From an uncultured Planctomycetales bacterium (GTDB lineage: Bacteria > Omnitrophota > Gorgyraeia > Gygaellales > Profunditerraquicolaceae), in the NCBI GenBank assembly GCA_964488935.1, contig CAZAVF010000001.1, positions 753 through 64,752 on the forward strand: 64,000 bases of DNA, given 5' to 3'. The position numbers and the translations under genes are program-made. Position 1 is the stretch's first letter. Each line of letters opens with the position of its first letter. The notes below the pieces were generated by a model. That model was given only the letters and a program-made list of their open reading frames with translations, had not been told where the DNA came from and made no database searches. Shown here one piece after another: positions 28,950 through 37,652 of this stretch.

Positions 28950-30217
28950 CTGGCGGCCTCCGCTTTGGCTCTCTTTATATACTGAACCAGCCGGCGGTTG
29001 GCCGGACACACATAAGTGCACGCTCCGCATTCCACGCAATCGGCCAGCCCTTGCCGTTTCGCTTCCTCGAACAATCCCCTCTCGGCAGCCGCCCCCAGCA
29101 TACAGGGAAGCAGTCCGGTGGAACATACGCGCACGCACCTGCCGCAGCGTATGCAGGCGCTCTCTTCCAGGATACGGCTGCTCTTCTTCCCCAGCACCAG
29201 CACGCCGCTGGTGGTTTTTGTTACAGGGACGTCCGTCCCGGCCTGGGTGATACCCATCATCGGCCCCCCGATGATTATTTTACCGGGTTCTTCCTTAAGC
29301 GGCCCGCATGAAGCGATCAATTCCGATACCGGGGTACCGGTCCGGACCAGCAGGTTTGCGGGATTCGACAGGCAATCGCCGGTGACTGTGACCACCCGTT
29401 CGTAAAGAGGTTTCCCCAGATAAACGGCCTCGTAGGCGGCGAAAACGGTGACCACGTTCTGCACTACGGCCCCTGCCTCGAACGGCAGCTTGCCGCGGGG
29501 GACTTCCCTGCCCAGAACGCTCCTGATCAGTTGTTTTTCCCCGCCCTGGGGATAAAAAGACTTTAATTCCTTCACCCTCAGCGGTTTTGAGACCCTGCCG
29601 AGGAACAGTTCTATCGCCCTTGGTTTATTGTCCTCTAACGCTATGCAGATGTCCTCGACTCCCAGTATGCGGCCGAGCAGCAGCGCCCCTTTGATGATCT
29701 CGTCGCTTTTCTCCAGCATCAGCCGGTAGTCTGAAGTGAGATATGGCTCGCATTCCGCCCCGTTGACGATCAGCGTTTGTACCCGGACCGGCGGTTTAAG
29801 TTTGAGAAAAGACGGGAACCCCGCTCCTCCCATCCCCACAAGACCGGCATCGCGTATTATATCGAGGAGCTCTGCCTGCGGCAAAGAATCCACAACGCCC
29901 GCCTCGCGCGCCCGGAAAGCGAAAGAATCGGGCAGCTGCGTCTCTATCACCGCTGCGCCGCACCTGCCGAGCACGGGATGCGCGCAGGTTTCCAGCGAAG
30001 ATACCGTTCCGGTCACGGAAGAATGGACGGCCGCCGACGGCATGGCCCCGGCGGAAGCTATCCGCTGCCCGGTAAGGACTTTATCTCCCGGCTTGACCTC
30101 CGGCAGGCAAAGCTTGCCCAGATGCTGGCAGAACGGGATGAATACCTTGCCCGGGGGAGGCAGAACGGTTATCTTCTTATCCTCGGTAGCTTCTTTGCGG
30201 TGCTCTAATTTAACCAT
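28946..30217 (-). CDS. rnfC: Rnf complex subunit C (NADH-binding, 2x4Fe-4S)
   Basis: GMGGAGFPSFLKL, NGAECEPYLTSD, CIRCGRCVRVC and CGACTYVCP. Start re-set to MVKLEH (track ORF has about 223 spurious N-terminal codons). Confidence 0.85.
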   Translation of the reverse strand: MVKLEHRKEATEDKKITVLPPPGKVFIPFCQHLGKLCLPEVKPGDKVLTGQRIASAGAMPSAAVHSSVTGTVSSLETCAHPVLGRCGAAVIETQLPDSFAFRAREAGVVDSLPQAELLDIIRDAGLVGMGGAGFPSFLKLKPPVRVQTLIVNGAECEPYLTSDYRLMLEKSDEIIKGALLLGRILGVEDICIALEDNKPRAIELFLGRVSKPLRVKELKSFYPQGGEKQLIRSVLGREVPRGKLPFEAGAVVQNVVTVFAAYEAVYLGKPLYERVVTVTGDCLSNPANLLVRTGTPVSELIASCGPLKEEPGKIIIGGPMMGITQAGTDVPVTKTTSGVLVLGKKSSRILEESACIRCGRCVRVCSTGLLPCMLGAAAERGLFEEAKRQGLADCVECGACTYVCPANRRLVQYIKRAKAEAAR

Positions 30218-31467
30218 GCGCTCATTCTCTTGTAGAAGATATTCGCCAGCCCGGTCAGCGCGAACAGGCAGCCGATCACGGAAATAATGAATATTTCCGG
30301 GAGCCTTTCCGCTATCTTGCTGCTTAAAAGCATGAAGGTAAGGAACCCCGCGTGCATTATTATTTCCATCGCGCTGAAGACCTTGCCGCGCATCTGGCTG
30401 TCGCTGACCCTGTGTATTATGGTGTTGGAGGCGATCATGATGGGGGAAACGCTCAACCCCAGAAGTAACGCCAGACCGGCAGCCACGTTGAAAAGAGGAT
30501 ACCTCTGCAGCATGAAGGCGAAAATTATCAGTATGATCCCGGCCGAGGCAAGGGAAATGAAGATCACCCTGTAATGCGATATCCTGGACCCGAAACGCCC
30601 GTAGACCACCGAACCGAGAAAAAGCCCGGCGCCGAGGAAAACGATGAGCAGACCGAGATCTTTGGTGGCGGAATGCAGGGTTTTCTGCACGAAAACTATC
30701 ATCACCACGTAGAGGGCCCCCAGGGCCGCGGAAAGCGAGAAAATAAGCCCCACCGTGAAACGTATGTGCTTGTTCTTCAGGACGTATTGCCAGCTCTCCT
30801 TCAGTTCCTGCAGCACCGTCTTCTTGAATATCTCCTCCATATCCCTGACCGGATGGGAAACCGCATGTTCCCGTATTCTCCTGCATGCCCCGGTGTAAAT
30901 AAAGAAGATCAGGCCTGCGGAAAAGGCGAAACTAAGCGAATCCAGGAAAAAACCGCTCTTGGGCCCGATCCATTCCACCAGCAGCCCGCTTATGCCGAAC
31001 CCGGCTACCGCAGCGATCATTCCGGTCATATTGGCCAGGGTGTTGGCCATCAACAGATGCTTCTTCTCCACGAGCTCCGGCAGTATCGCCATCTTGGCCG
31101 GGACAAAGAACCTGCCGATGCTGAAAATAACGAATATGACCGTATACAAAGGAAGGAAGTTGCTGGTATGAAAAAAGAAAAGCGGTATGCTCAACACGAG
31201 AGCCGCGCGCAGGAAATCGCAGACATACATGGTGCGGCGTTTGTCCCAGCGGTCCACGTAGACCCCGGCCACCGGACCCACGACAAAGACCGGGAGGATG
31301 GTAAAGGACATTATCTTGGCGATCTGCATCGGGGAACCAGGGGCTTTAAGATAGATAAGCCCCAGTAAAGCCATCTGGTCGAGCCTGTCCCCCAGTTGGG
31401 AAACGATCTGGCCGAGCCAGAGCAGGAAGAAATTACGGTTCTTCAATACCTGGACGTATTCAGACAT
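30205..31467 (-). CDS. MFS transporter (12 TM, DHA3/EntS-like efflux family)
   Basis: 12 predicted TM; MFS motif region GDRLDQ..., G-x-x-x-DRWDKRR. Confidence 0.8.
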   Translation of the reverse strand: MSEYVQVLKNRNFFLLWLGQIVSQLGDRLDQMALLGLIYLKAPGSPMQIAKIMSFTILPVFVVGPVAGVYVDRWDKRRTMYVCDFLRAALVLSIPLFFFHTSNFLPLYTVIFVIFSIGRFFVPAKMAILPELVEKKHLLMANTLANMTGMIAAVAGFGISGLLVEWIGPKSGFFLDSLSFAFSAGLIFFIYTGACRRIREHAVSHPVRDMEEIFKKTVLQELKESWQYVLKNKHIRFTVGLIFSLSAALGALYVVMIVFVQKTLHSATKDLGLLIVFLGAGLFLGSVVYGRFGSRISHYRVIFISLASAGIILIIFAFMLQRYPLFNVAAGLALLLGLSVSPIMIASNTIIHRVSDSQMRGKVFSAMEIIMHAGFLTFMLLSSKIAERLPEIFIISVIGCLFALTGLANIFYKRMSAWLN

Positions 31468-31742
31468 ATCCCGTTATATAGTGGAGCCCCTCAGGCTAAT
31501 CCTTCGACAAGCTTCAGTAGTGAGCCTGTCGAATCCTTCTATTTTCCGGCGAAGCCAATGCTTCGCCGGTACACAGCGTTTATTCGGCTGACTGCTTATT
31601 CCGGCGACCTCCCCGAAGTCTACTCCACTTTTATCCCCGGGTTAAAACCCGGGGATTTCTGGGCTAGGGGATTAATATTATCCCCGGCGGCACCAGCGGG
31701 TAAAGCCGGCGATCCGCCTGCGGCTTTAATTCCGCTTTCAGG
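31468..31742 (-). ncRNA. Structured leader / repeat element copy 1 (hairpin array + conserved 3' module UUCGACARGCUCACU...UUGUCGAAGGAUYAGCC..GGGRGC) ending at MFS start codon
   Basis: Seen in sequence: at least 5 perfect hairpins (for example CCCCGGGuuuuaaCCCGGGG, CCGGCGAAGCauugGCUUCGCCGG, GGGGAUaauauuaAUCCCC). The 3' module is conserved with a second copy at 43964..44235 in the same orientation relative to the downstream gene. Confidence 0.45.
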
Positions 31743-31815
31743 GTCAAATATGGAGCCGATGAGTGGATTTGAACCACCGGCCCGCGCTTTACGAAAGCGC
31801 TGCTCTACCAACTGA
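31743..31815 (-). tRNA. tRNA-Thr (anticodon CGU)
   Basis: Minus-strand GCCGATGTAGCTCAGTTGGTAGAGCAGCGCTTTCGTAAAGCGCGGGCCGGTGGTTCAAATCCACTCATCGGCT; cloverleaf with 7-bp acceptor, anticodon loop UUCGUAA; near-identical to E. coli tRNA-Thr(CGU). CCA not fully encoded (TCCT). Coordinates within 1-2 nt. Confidence 0.85.
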
Positions 31816-32026
31816 GCTACATCGGCATAAAACGGCAAGTATCGTTGCCCCTTAAGGGCGACAAGCTGCAAACCGGTATGATTATAACAGCTTTATCGGA
31901 ATAGTCAACAGAGGGAAATCCGGAAAAACTGGTTCTGGGTTCTGAAAAAACAAAAACGCTTATTATATATATAGAATTTATATCTGTTTCTTTTAGAACC
32001 CGGCACCTACAACCTAAAACCTGTAT

Positions 32027-32476
32027 TTACGCTGCCGCCAGCCGCGCCTTGACCATCTCGCTTACCTGGCGGGCGTCGGCCGAAGCCCCGGTCCTGGAGG
32101 TCACCTCTTTCATCACCCGGCCCATATCTTTAAGCCCTGAGGCGCCCAGGGAAGCTATACTCTCTTCTATTATCCGCGAAAGCTCAGCCCCGGACAACTG
32201 CGGGGGCAGATAGGCTTTCAATATCCCGCTCTCCGTTTCTTCCTTATCTGCGAGATCGGGACGGTTCCCCTGCCTGAACTGCTGTATGGAATCCTCGCGC
32301 CGCTTTATCTGCTTCTTTATCACCGCTATGCAGTCCTCATCGTCCAGCAGGTCCCTGTTCTTGTTCATCGCCACGTTCTTGAACTCGGCCCTCAGAAAAC
32401 TCAGGACCGAGGATTTAAGACTGTCCTTGCTTTTAAGGGCTTCTTTATAATCGCCGAAAATCTTCTCTTCAAGCAT
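32027..32476 (-). CDS. GatB/YqeY domain protein
   Basis: Typical YqeY-like helical protein (LKSKD...AVIKKQIKRR..., C-terminal GatB-like). Confidence 0.75.
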   Translation of the reverse strand: MLEEKIFGDYKEALKSKDSLKSSVLSFLRAEFKNVAMNKNRDLLDDEDCIAVIKKQIKRREDSIQQFRQGNRPDLADKEETESGILKAYLPPQLSGAELSRIIEESIASLGASGLKDMGRVMKEVTSRTGASADARQVSEMVKARLAAA

Positions 32477-32492
32477 GACCGCCGCTCTCCTT

Positions 32493-33392
32493 TCAAAAAG
32501 CGCTTATCTCCCTGAAACGTTCCATCCTGCCGCGGATATCCGCCGGTGTGAGCCTGCCGCTGCGTTCAAGTCCAAATCCCTCCACGTTGAAAGAAGCGCA
32601 GACCGTGCCGTGGACAATGGCTCTTTTTAACGCCCCCCTGTCCGCGCGCCCGCGGCCGGCAAGATACCCCATGAATCCTCCCGCGAAAGTGTCGCCGGCT
32701 CCGGTGGGATCCACGACCTTTTCCACAGGGTAAGCCGGCAGGGAGAAAAAAAGATCGGGCCCGTAAAGCATTACGCCGTGCTCTCCCTTCTTTATAAGCA
32801 CGATGCGCGGTCCCATACGCTGCAGGCGTCTGGCCGCGCTCACAAGGTTGTCCTCCCCGGAAAGATCGCGCGCTTCGCGGTCATTGGCCACGTAAATGTC
32901 CACTTTCTTCAGCAGCCTGAGCAGCGAGGCCCGTTTGTTATGTATCCAGTAATTCATGCTGTCCAGGCCGACCAGGCGCGCCGAATGCATGCGCCCGAGG
33001 AGCCGGTTCTGGATATCCGGGTCGACGTTGGCGAGAAAGATGTTGCGGATGCCGCGCTGGCCGCTTTTCACCACCGGGCTGAAAGTGGAAAGCACTCCCA
33101 GCTCGGTTTTAAGGGTGAGAGCGGTGTTCATGTCCCCTTTGTATTCCCCGCTCCACTTGAAGGTGACGCCGGCTGTCTTCATCAGGGAATCCAGGTTTAT
33201 GCCTTTTCCGGAGAGGAAATCCAGGTGTTCAGCAGGGAAATCCTCGCCCACGGTGGCCACCAGGTTGACATGCGTGAAGAGCCTGGCGGACATCGAGAAA
33301 TGGACGGCGGAACCTCCCAGCATATAATTGCGCCGGCCGTGCGGCGTTTTTACGGTATCCAAAGCCACTGTTCCCAGGACAAGTATGCTCAT
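32493..33392 (-). CDS. PfkB family carbohydrate kinase (ribokinase-like)
   Basis: DPTGAGDTFAGGF anion-hole motif, GG N-terminal motif. Start re-set to MSILVLG (ATGA overlap with uppP). Confidence 0.8.
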   Translation of the reverse strand: MSILVLGTVALDTVKTPHGRRNYMLGGSAVHFSMSARLFTHVNLVATVGEDFPAEHLDFLSGKGINLDSLMKTAGVTFKWSGEYKGDMNTALTLKTELGVLSTFSPVVKSGQRGIRNIFLANVDPDIQNRLLGRMHSARLVGLDSMNYWIHNKRASLLRLLKKVDIYVANDREARDLSGEDNLVSAARRLQRMGPRIVLIKKGEHGVMLYGPDLFFSLPAYPVEKVVDPTGAGDTFAGGFMGYLAGRGRADRGALKRAIVHGTVCASFNVEGFGLERSGRLTPADIRGRMERFREISAF

Positions 33393-34132
33393 CTCAGAAA
33401 AATAAGGGTCGCCGCCGCCGCCAGAAGGCAATAGTACCCGAAATACGGCAATTTTGACCTAATGATCATGCGTCTCAACAGCGCAAGCGCGGCCAGTCCG
33501 AAGATGAAACTGGCAAGGAACCCGGCCAGAAGGCTCCCCGGTGATCCCGCGCAGACCATGGTGATATCGCGTACGTCCAGCAGGGCCGCGCCGGCCACCG
33601 CCGGTATCCCGGCAATGAAAGAAAATTTAAAACACGTTTCCCGTTCTATCCCCCTGAAAAGCAGCGAGGAGATGGTGGCGCCGGAACGCGAGATCCCCGG
33701 CAGCACCGCTATTCCCTGCGCCGCTCCCATGAAAACCGCGTCGCCGAAAGAAACATCCTTTCTTCCGGAAACGCGCACTCTCCCGGCCATAATAAGCGCC
33801 GTTCCGGTGGCCAGCAGGGCGAAAGCCGCCAGCCTCGGGCAGGAAAACATCCGTTCTACAAGACCCTTGAGCGGGAAAGCGATGGCGCCGGTTATCAGCG
33901 TGACCGCCGCCGCCAGCAGCAGCTGTTTCCTGTCCAGGAGCATCCGCAGGATATCGCGGCGGAAATACAGCACGGTCGCGGAAAGCGTGCCCAGATGAAG
34001 GACTATGGGAAAGACCAGTCCGCGCCCGTCTATGCCGAGAAGCTTCTGGAATATGGCCAGATGCGCAGAACTGCTTACGGGGAAGAACTCCGTCATTCCC
34101 TGCACCGCGCCGAGGAGGATATATTTTATCAT
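33389..34132 (-). CDS. uppP: Undecaprenyl-diphosphatase
   Basis: EFFPVSSSAHL and PGISRSGATI motifs, 7-8 TM. Confidence 0.9.
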   Translation of the reverse strand: MIKYILLGAVQGMTEFFPVSSSAHLAIFQKLLGIDGRGLVFPIVLHLGTLSATVLYFRRDILRMLLDRKQLLLAAAVTLITGAIAFPLKGLVERMFSCPRLAAFALLATGTALIMAGRVRVSGRKDVSFGDAVFMGAAQGIAVLPGISRSGATISSLLFRGIERETCFKFSFIAGIPAVAGAALLDVRDITMVCAGSPGSLLAGFLASFIFGLAALALLRRMIIRSKLPYFGYYCLLAAAATLIFLR

Positions 34133-34170
34133 GCCAGTTATTATATTAGAACGGAGGCATAAATCAATAT

Positions 34171-34842
34171 TTAAATCGGCGCGCCGCGCGGCTTAGAGAA
34201 TCGCACCGGGTCCACGCCGTGTTTAACGAAGAAATTACGCATGTCGACCGGCAGCGGGGCGGACAAAACGATGTCCTTTCCGGAATAAGGGTGCCGGAAT
34301 TCCAGACGCCAGGCGTGCAGCATCACTCTTTTCGCCCTCAGGGCGAAGTCCCTCCTGAAAACGAATTTTGATTCCCCCACGATCGGATGACCGATGCGGG
34401 TAAAATGGATACGCAGCTGGTTGGTCCGCCCGGTTTCCGGGGCCGCGTTGACCACGGAGAAAGCCGGGCGCCGCAGCAGCACCTCATACGAGGTCGAAGC
34501 CGGTTTCCCTTCTATCGGGCTGCGGATGATCATTTTCCCTTCCGCCGGACTGCCGTGCAGCACGGCGAGATACGTCTTACTCACCGCCCTTTCGCGGAAA
34601 AGGTCCATCATCTTCTTCCGGGCGGATTTTCCCCTGGCGTAGATTATCAGGCCGGAAGTCTCGCGGTCAAGGCGGTGGCAGGGATGGTAACGCGGCAGGC
34701 CGTCCTGTCCGGCATTGAGGGAATTCAAAAAGGAGGTCAGGTCCTGTTCTCTCCCGCCGGAAGCGGGTATGGTAAGTATTCCGGGCGGTTTATTGAAAAC
34801 GGCTAAGTGGTCGTCCTCGTAGATCGCCTGGATATTATTCAT
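34171..34842 (-). CDS. RluA family pseudouridine synthase
   Basis: HRLDRETSGL catalytic Asp motif. Confidence 0.8.
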   Translation of the reverse strand: MNNIQAIYEDDHLAVFNKPPGILTIPASGGREQDLTSFLNSLNAGQDGLPRYHPCHRLDRETSGLIIYARGKSARKKMMDLFRERAVSKTYLAVLHGSPAEGKMIIRSPIEGKPASTSYEVLLRRPAFSVVNAAPETGRTNQLRIHFTRIGHPIVGESKFVFRRDFALRAKRVMLHAWRLEFRHPYSGKDIVLSAPLPVDMRNFFVKHGVDPVRFSKPRGAPI

Positions 34843-34849
34843 CTCCGGT

Positions 34850-35794
34850 TCAAACGGTCTCCAGCATCCGGTCTATGGCCCTGCGGGCGCGGCTGCGGAT
34901 CTCCTGCGGGACCTTCACCTCCCCGCGCAGCGTCTCCAGTGCGGAAAGCACTTTTTCCTGCGTGGTGCGTTTCATGTTGGGGCACACCGCCGCCTCGGCG
35001 GCCGGATAGAATTCCTTGCCGGGATTGTCTTTTTTCAACCTGTAGATTATGCCCACTTCCGTTCCGATGATGAATTCGCGCGAGGAGGAAGAACGGGCGT
35101 ATTTTGACATTCCGCTGGTGGAAAGGGCGGCATCGGCGAGGGAAATAACGGATGGCAGGCATTCCGGATGCGCCAGGACGCGCGCTTCGGGATGAAACCT
35201 TTTCTCTTTTTTTATGTCCTCCGGTTTTATCTTTATGTGGGTCGGGCAGAACCCGTCCCAGGCGATGAGCTTTATCCCGGTCTGGGCGCTCGCGTAGGAA
35301 GCCAGATATTTGTCCGGCACGAAGATTATCTCCGGACGGCGGCCTTCTTTTTCCATTTCCCCGGCCACGGCCTTGACCACTCCGACGGCATTGGTGGAAG
35401 TGCAGCAGATGTCAAGTTCGGCTTTGACCGCGGCGGACGTATTGACGTATCCCACGCTGACCGCGCCGGGATGTTTTTTCTTTAATTCCCGGAGCTCTTC
35501 CCTGGTTATCATTCCGGCCATCGGACAGGTTGCGCTGATGTCCGGCATGACCACCTTTTTCTCCGGTGAGAGTATGGCGGCGGTCTCTGCCATGAAATGC
35601 ACCCCGCAGAAAATTATCACTTCGGCCCTGGTCCCGGCGGCGATGCGGCTCAATTCCAGCGAATCGCCGGTAAAATCGGCGATATCCTGCACCTCGGGAA
35701 GCTGGTAATTGTGCGCCAGGATCACCGCGTTCTTTTTTTTCTTCAGTTCCTGTATCTTCTTCCCGATGCTGCCCGTGTTTATTACCGGTACCAT
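34850..35794 (-). CDS. nadA: Quinolinate synthase
   Basis: ILAHNYQ, three conserved Cys for 4Fe-4S, full-length NadA. Confidence 0.9.
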   Translation of the reverse strand: MVPVINTGSIGKKIQELKKKKNAVILAHNYQLPEVQDIADFTGDSLELSRIAAGTRAEVIIFCGVHFMAETAAILSPEKKVVMPDISATCPMAGMITREELRELKKKHPGAVSVGYVNTSAAVKAELDICCTSTNAVGVVKAVAGEMEKEGRRPEIIFVPDKYLASYASAQTGIKLIAWDGFCPTHIKIKPEDIKKEKRFHPEARVLAHPECLPSVISLADAALSTSGMSKYARSSSSREFIIGTEVGIIYRLKKDNPGKEFYPAAEAAVCPNMKRTTQEKVLSALETLRGEVKVPQEIRSRARRAIDRMLETV

Positions 35795-35795
35795 C

Positions 35796-36815
35796 TCAAT
35801 CCAATACCTTTCTTATTATTCCCCCCCCGACTACCGTATCTCCTCTGTAAATCACCGCCGATTGTCCTGGAGTAACCGCGAATTGGGGAAGACGGAAAAC
35901 AATTTTCAGTGTGTTGCCGGATGGCGTTATTTCGGCTGGCTGTTCCGTATGATTATAACGTATCTTCACGTTCAGGACAATCTTCTTTTTCAACGGCGCG
36001 CGCGTAAAACTCAGCCTGTCTACGATGAAAGCCGACGCCGGGATCTCCTGCCTGCCAGCCAGCACCACCCTGTTGCGCCGCGCGTCCAATTTCTTGACGT
36101 ATAAAGGCCGGCCGGCAGAGATGCCCAGTCCCTGTCTTTGGCCGACGGTATAGAACGGCACTCCCTTATGACGGCCGAGGACCCTGCCTGCCGTATCCAC
36201 GAATTCCCCGGGGACGCAGCTGAACCCCGGGACGGAGAGAAGGAAAGAGCGGTAATCGCCGTCCGGGACAAAACACACATCCTGGCTCTCCTTGCCGGCC
36301 GGAACGCTCAGCCCGGCGGCGGAGACAAGACGGCGTACTGCCTCTTTGGTGTGGCCGCCGAGCGGGAAAAGCGTGTTCTTGAGCGCGGCCGGGGTAAGAC
36401 GGTAAAGAAAATAACTCTGGTCTTTCCCGGGGTCGGCCGCTTTTTTCAGGCGGCCGTTATCTATTTTAGCGTAATGCCCGGTGGCGAAATAATCCGCTCC
36501 CAGCGACAGCGCCAGGGTCCTCAGCAATCCGAACTTTATATAAAGGTTGCATCGCACGCAGGGATTGGGGGTGCGGCCTCCGGCGTATTCCGCCAGGAAA
36601 TCATCGATGACCCGGCGTCTGAACTCTTTTTCCAGACGGAATACCCGGTGTTCAATGCCGGCCTCTTCCGCCGCGCGCCTTGCCGCGCAGGCATCTTCAT
36701 GCCCGGATAAAAGAGCGGTAACTCCGATTACCCGGAAGCCGCGCGATTTGAGTAATAAAGCCGCCGCCGCGGAATCCACCCCTCCGCTTAAAGCGATTGC
36801 CGCCGTTTTCGACAT
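35796..36815 (-). CDS. mnmA: tRNA-specific 2-thiouridylase
   Basis: LSGGVDSA PP-loop, NPCVRCN, DQSYFL motifs. Confidence 0.9.
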   Translation of the reverse strand: MSKTAAIALSGGVDSAAAALLLKSRGFRVIGVTALLSGHEDACAARRAAEEAGIEHRVFRLEKEFRRRVIDDFLAEYAGGRTPNPCVRCNLYIKFGLLRTLALSLGADYFATGHYAKIDNGRLKKAADPGKDQSYFLYRLTPAALKNTLFPLGGHTKEAVRRLVSAAGLSVPAGKESQDVCFVPDGDYRSFLLSVPGFSCVPGEFVDTAGRVLGRHKGVPFYTVGQRQGLGISAGRPLYVKKLDARRNRVVLAGRQEIPASAFIVDRLSFTRAPLKKKIVLNVKIRYNHTEQPAEITPSGNTLKIVFRLPQFAVTPGQSAVIYRGDTVVGGGIIRKVLD

Positions 36816-36865
36816 ATCGATATGAATTGGCCGCCTGCGCCGCTTTTAGACGGCGGGGCCGCGCA

Positions 36866-37627
36866 TTATCTGCTGTAGCCGGTAAGCAAAAGAGTATAAC
36901 CGGCGGAAGACGTCCCCTTCAACTTCAAAGGTATCCTTTTTTCGTCCGCGGAGATCCATATCTCGAATTTCCGCGGTTCGCTAGTGAAATGGTAAGCCTT
37001 AAAAATACCCGCAGGGACCTTAACCTCTTCTATGGAATCCAGAGAAACGGTAAAACTCTGCGTCGGAAGCTGGACGTCCATCCGCCATCCTTCCTTAAGA
37101 CCCGGGACCGTCCTGACGTAATAAGGCAGCAATACGGCGTTATGTATGGCCTTATCCCTCCTGATGATCCGTTCGCTCCTGTTCTTTCCTTCCTCTCTGG
37201 TTATCTTAAGAGAAAAACCCGACTGGTCGTATTCCTCGGTTATCCTCTCCTTCTTAGGCCAGAAATCTATCGTCCTTTCCACGCGCACCGGCAGCAGGCT
37301 GACGGGAAGACAATAAATAAGTTCGTTGTCCCTGAAACGGGCCAGGACCGTGCGGAAATTCACTACGTGAACCGCGGTCCCGTCCAGTTCGGCAACATTC
37401 TTGTGCTCGAATTCCGCGGTCCCCACCGATAGTATGCCGAGCTTTACCTGATATTTGATCTTCTCGCCCACGTATTTTTTTATCGGATCGTCATGCGCGG
37501 GAGAGGACGCGGAGGTCTCTTCTGCGCGCTCCGGGTGACGGAAAACACCGGCCTTGAGGAATAAACCGGCCGCCGCCGCGGCCAGGACCGAGTATAATAC
37601 AACCCTGTGTAGTGGTATCTGCGCCAT
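36866..37627 (-). CDS. Exported hypothetical protein (DUF3108-like)
   Basis: Signal peptide; no catalytic motifs recognised. Confidence 0.45.
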   Translation of the reverse strand: MAQIPLHRVVLYSVLAAAAAGLFLKAGVFRHPERAEETSASSPAHDDPIKKYVGEKIKYQVKLGILSVGTAEFEHKNVAELDGTAVHVVNFRTVLARFRDNELIYCLPVSLLPVRVERTIDFWPKKERITEEYDQSGFSLKITREEGKNRSERIIRRDKAIHNAVLLPYYVRTVPGLKEGWRMDVQLPTQSFTVSLDSIEEVKVPAGIFKAYHFTSEPRKFEIWISADEKRIPLKLKGTSSAGYTLLLTGYSR

Positions 37628-37652
37628 TTGTCGCCTTAGTGTCCGCAGCCGT

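Noticed and set aside
30217-30886. Long N-terminal extensions of rnfC (223 codons), rnfG, rnfE, mnmG, birA and COG1900 ORFs in the track
   Set aside because: Extensions are Arg/Gly-rich, overlap upstream genes and lack homology. Internal starts with SD sequences restore canonical protein lengths.
31468-31560. GGAUUCGACAGG resembling the conserved GGAUUCGACGGG near the 5' end of tmRNA
   Set aside because: No GGGG-acceptor 5' end, no tRNA-like 3' domain (T-arm/CCA) and no tag reading frame. The similarity is limited to about 10 nt. It is better explained as part of the duplicated leader motif.
31590-31640. GGAGUAG...CUUCGGGGAGG reminiscent of yybP-ykoY (Mn2+) riboswitch 5' consensus
   Set aside because: The second copy of the element does not conserve these bases and the remainder of the Mn2+ riboswitch consensus is absent.
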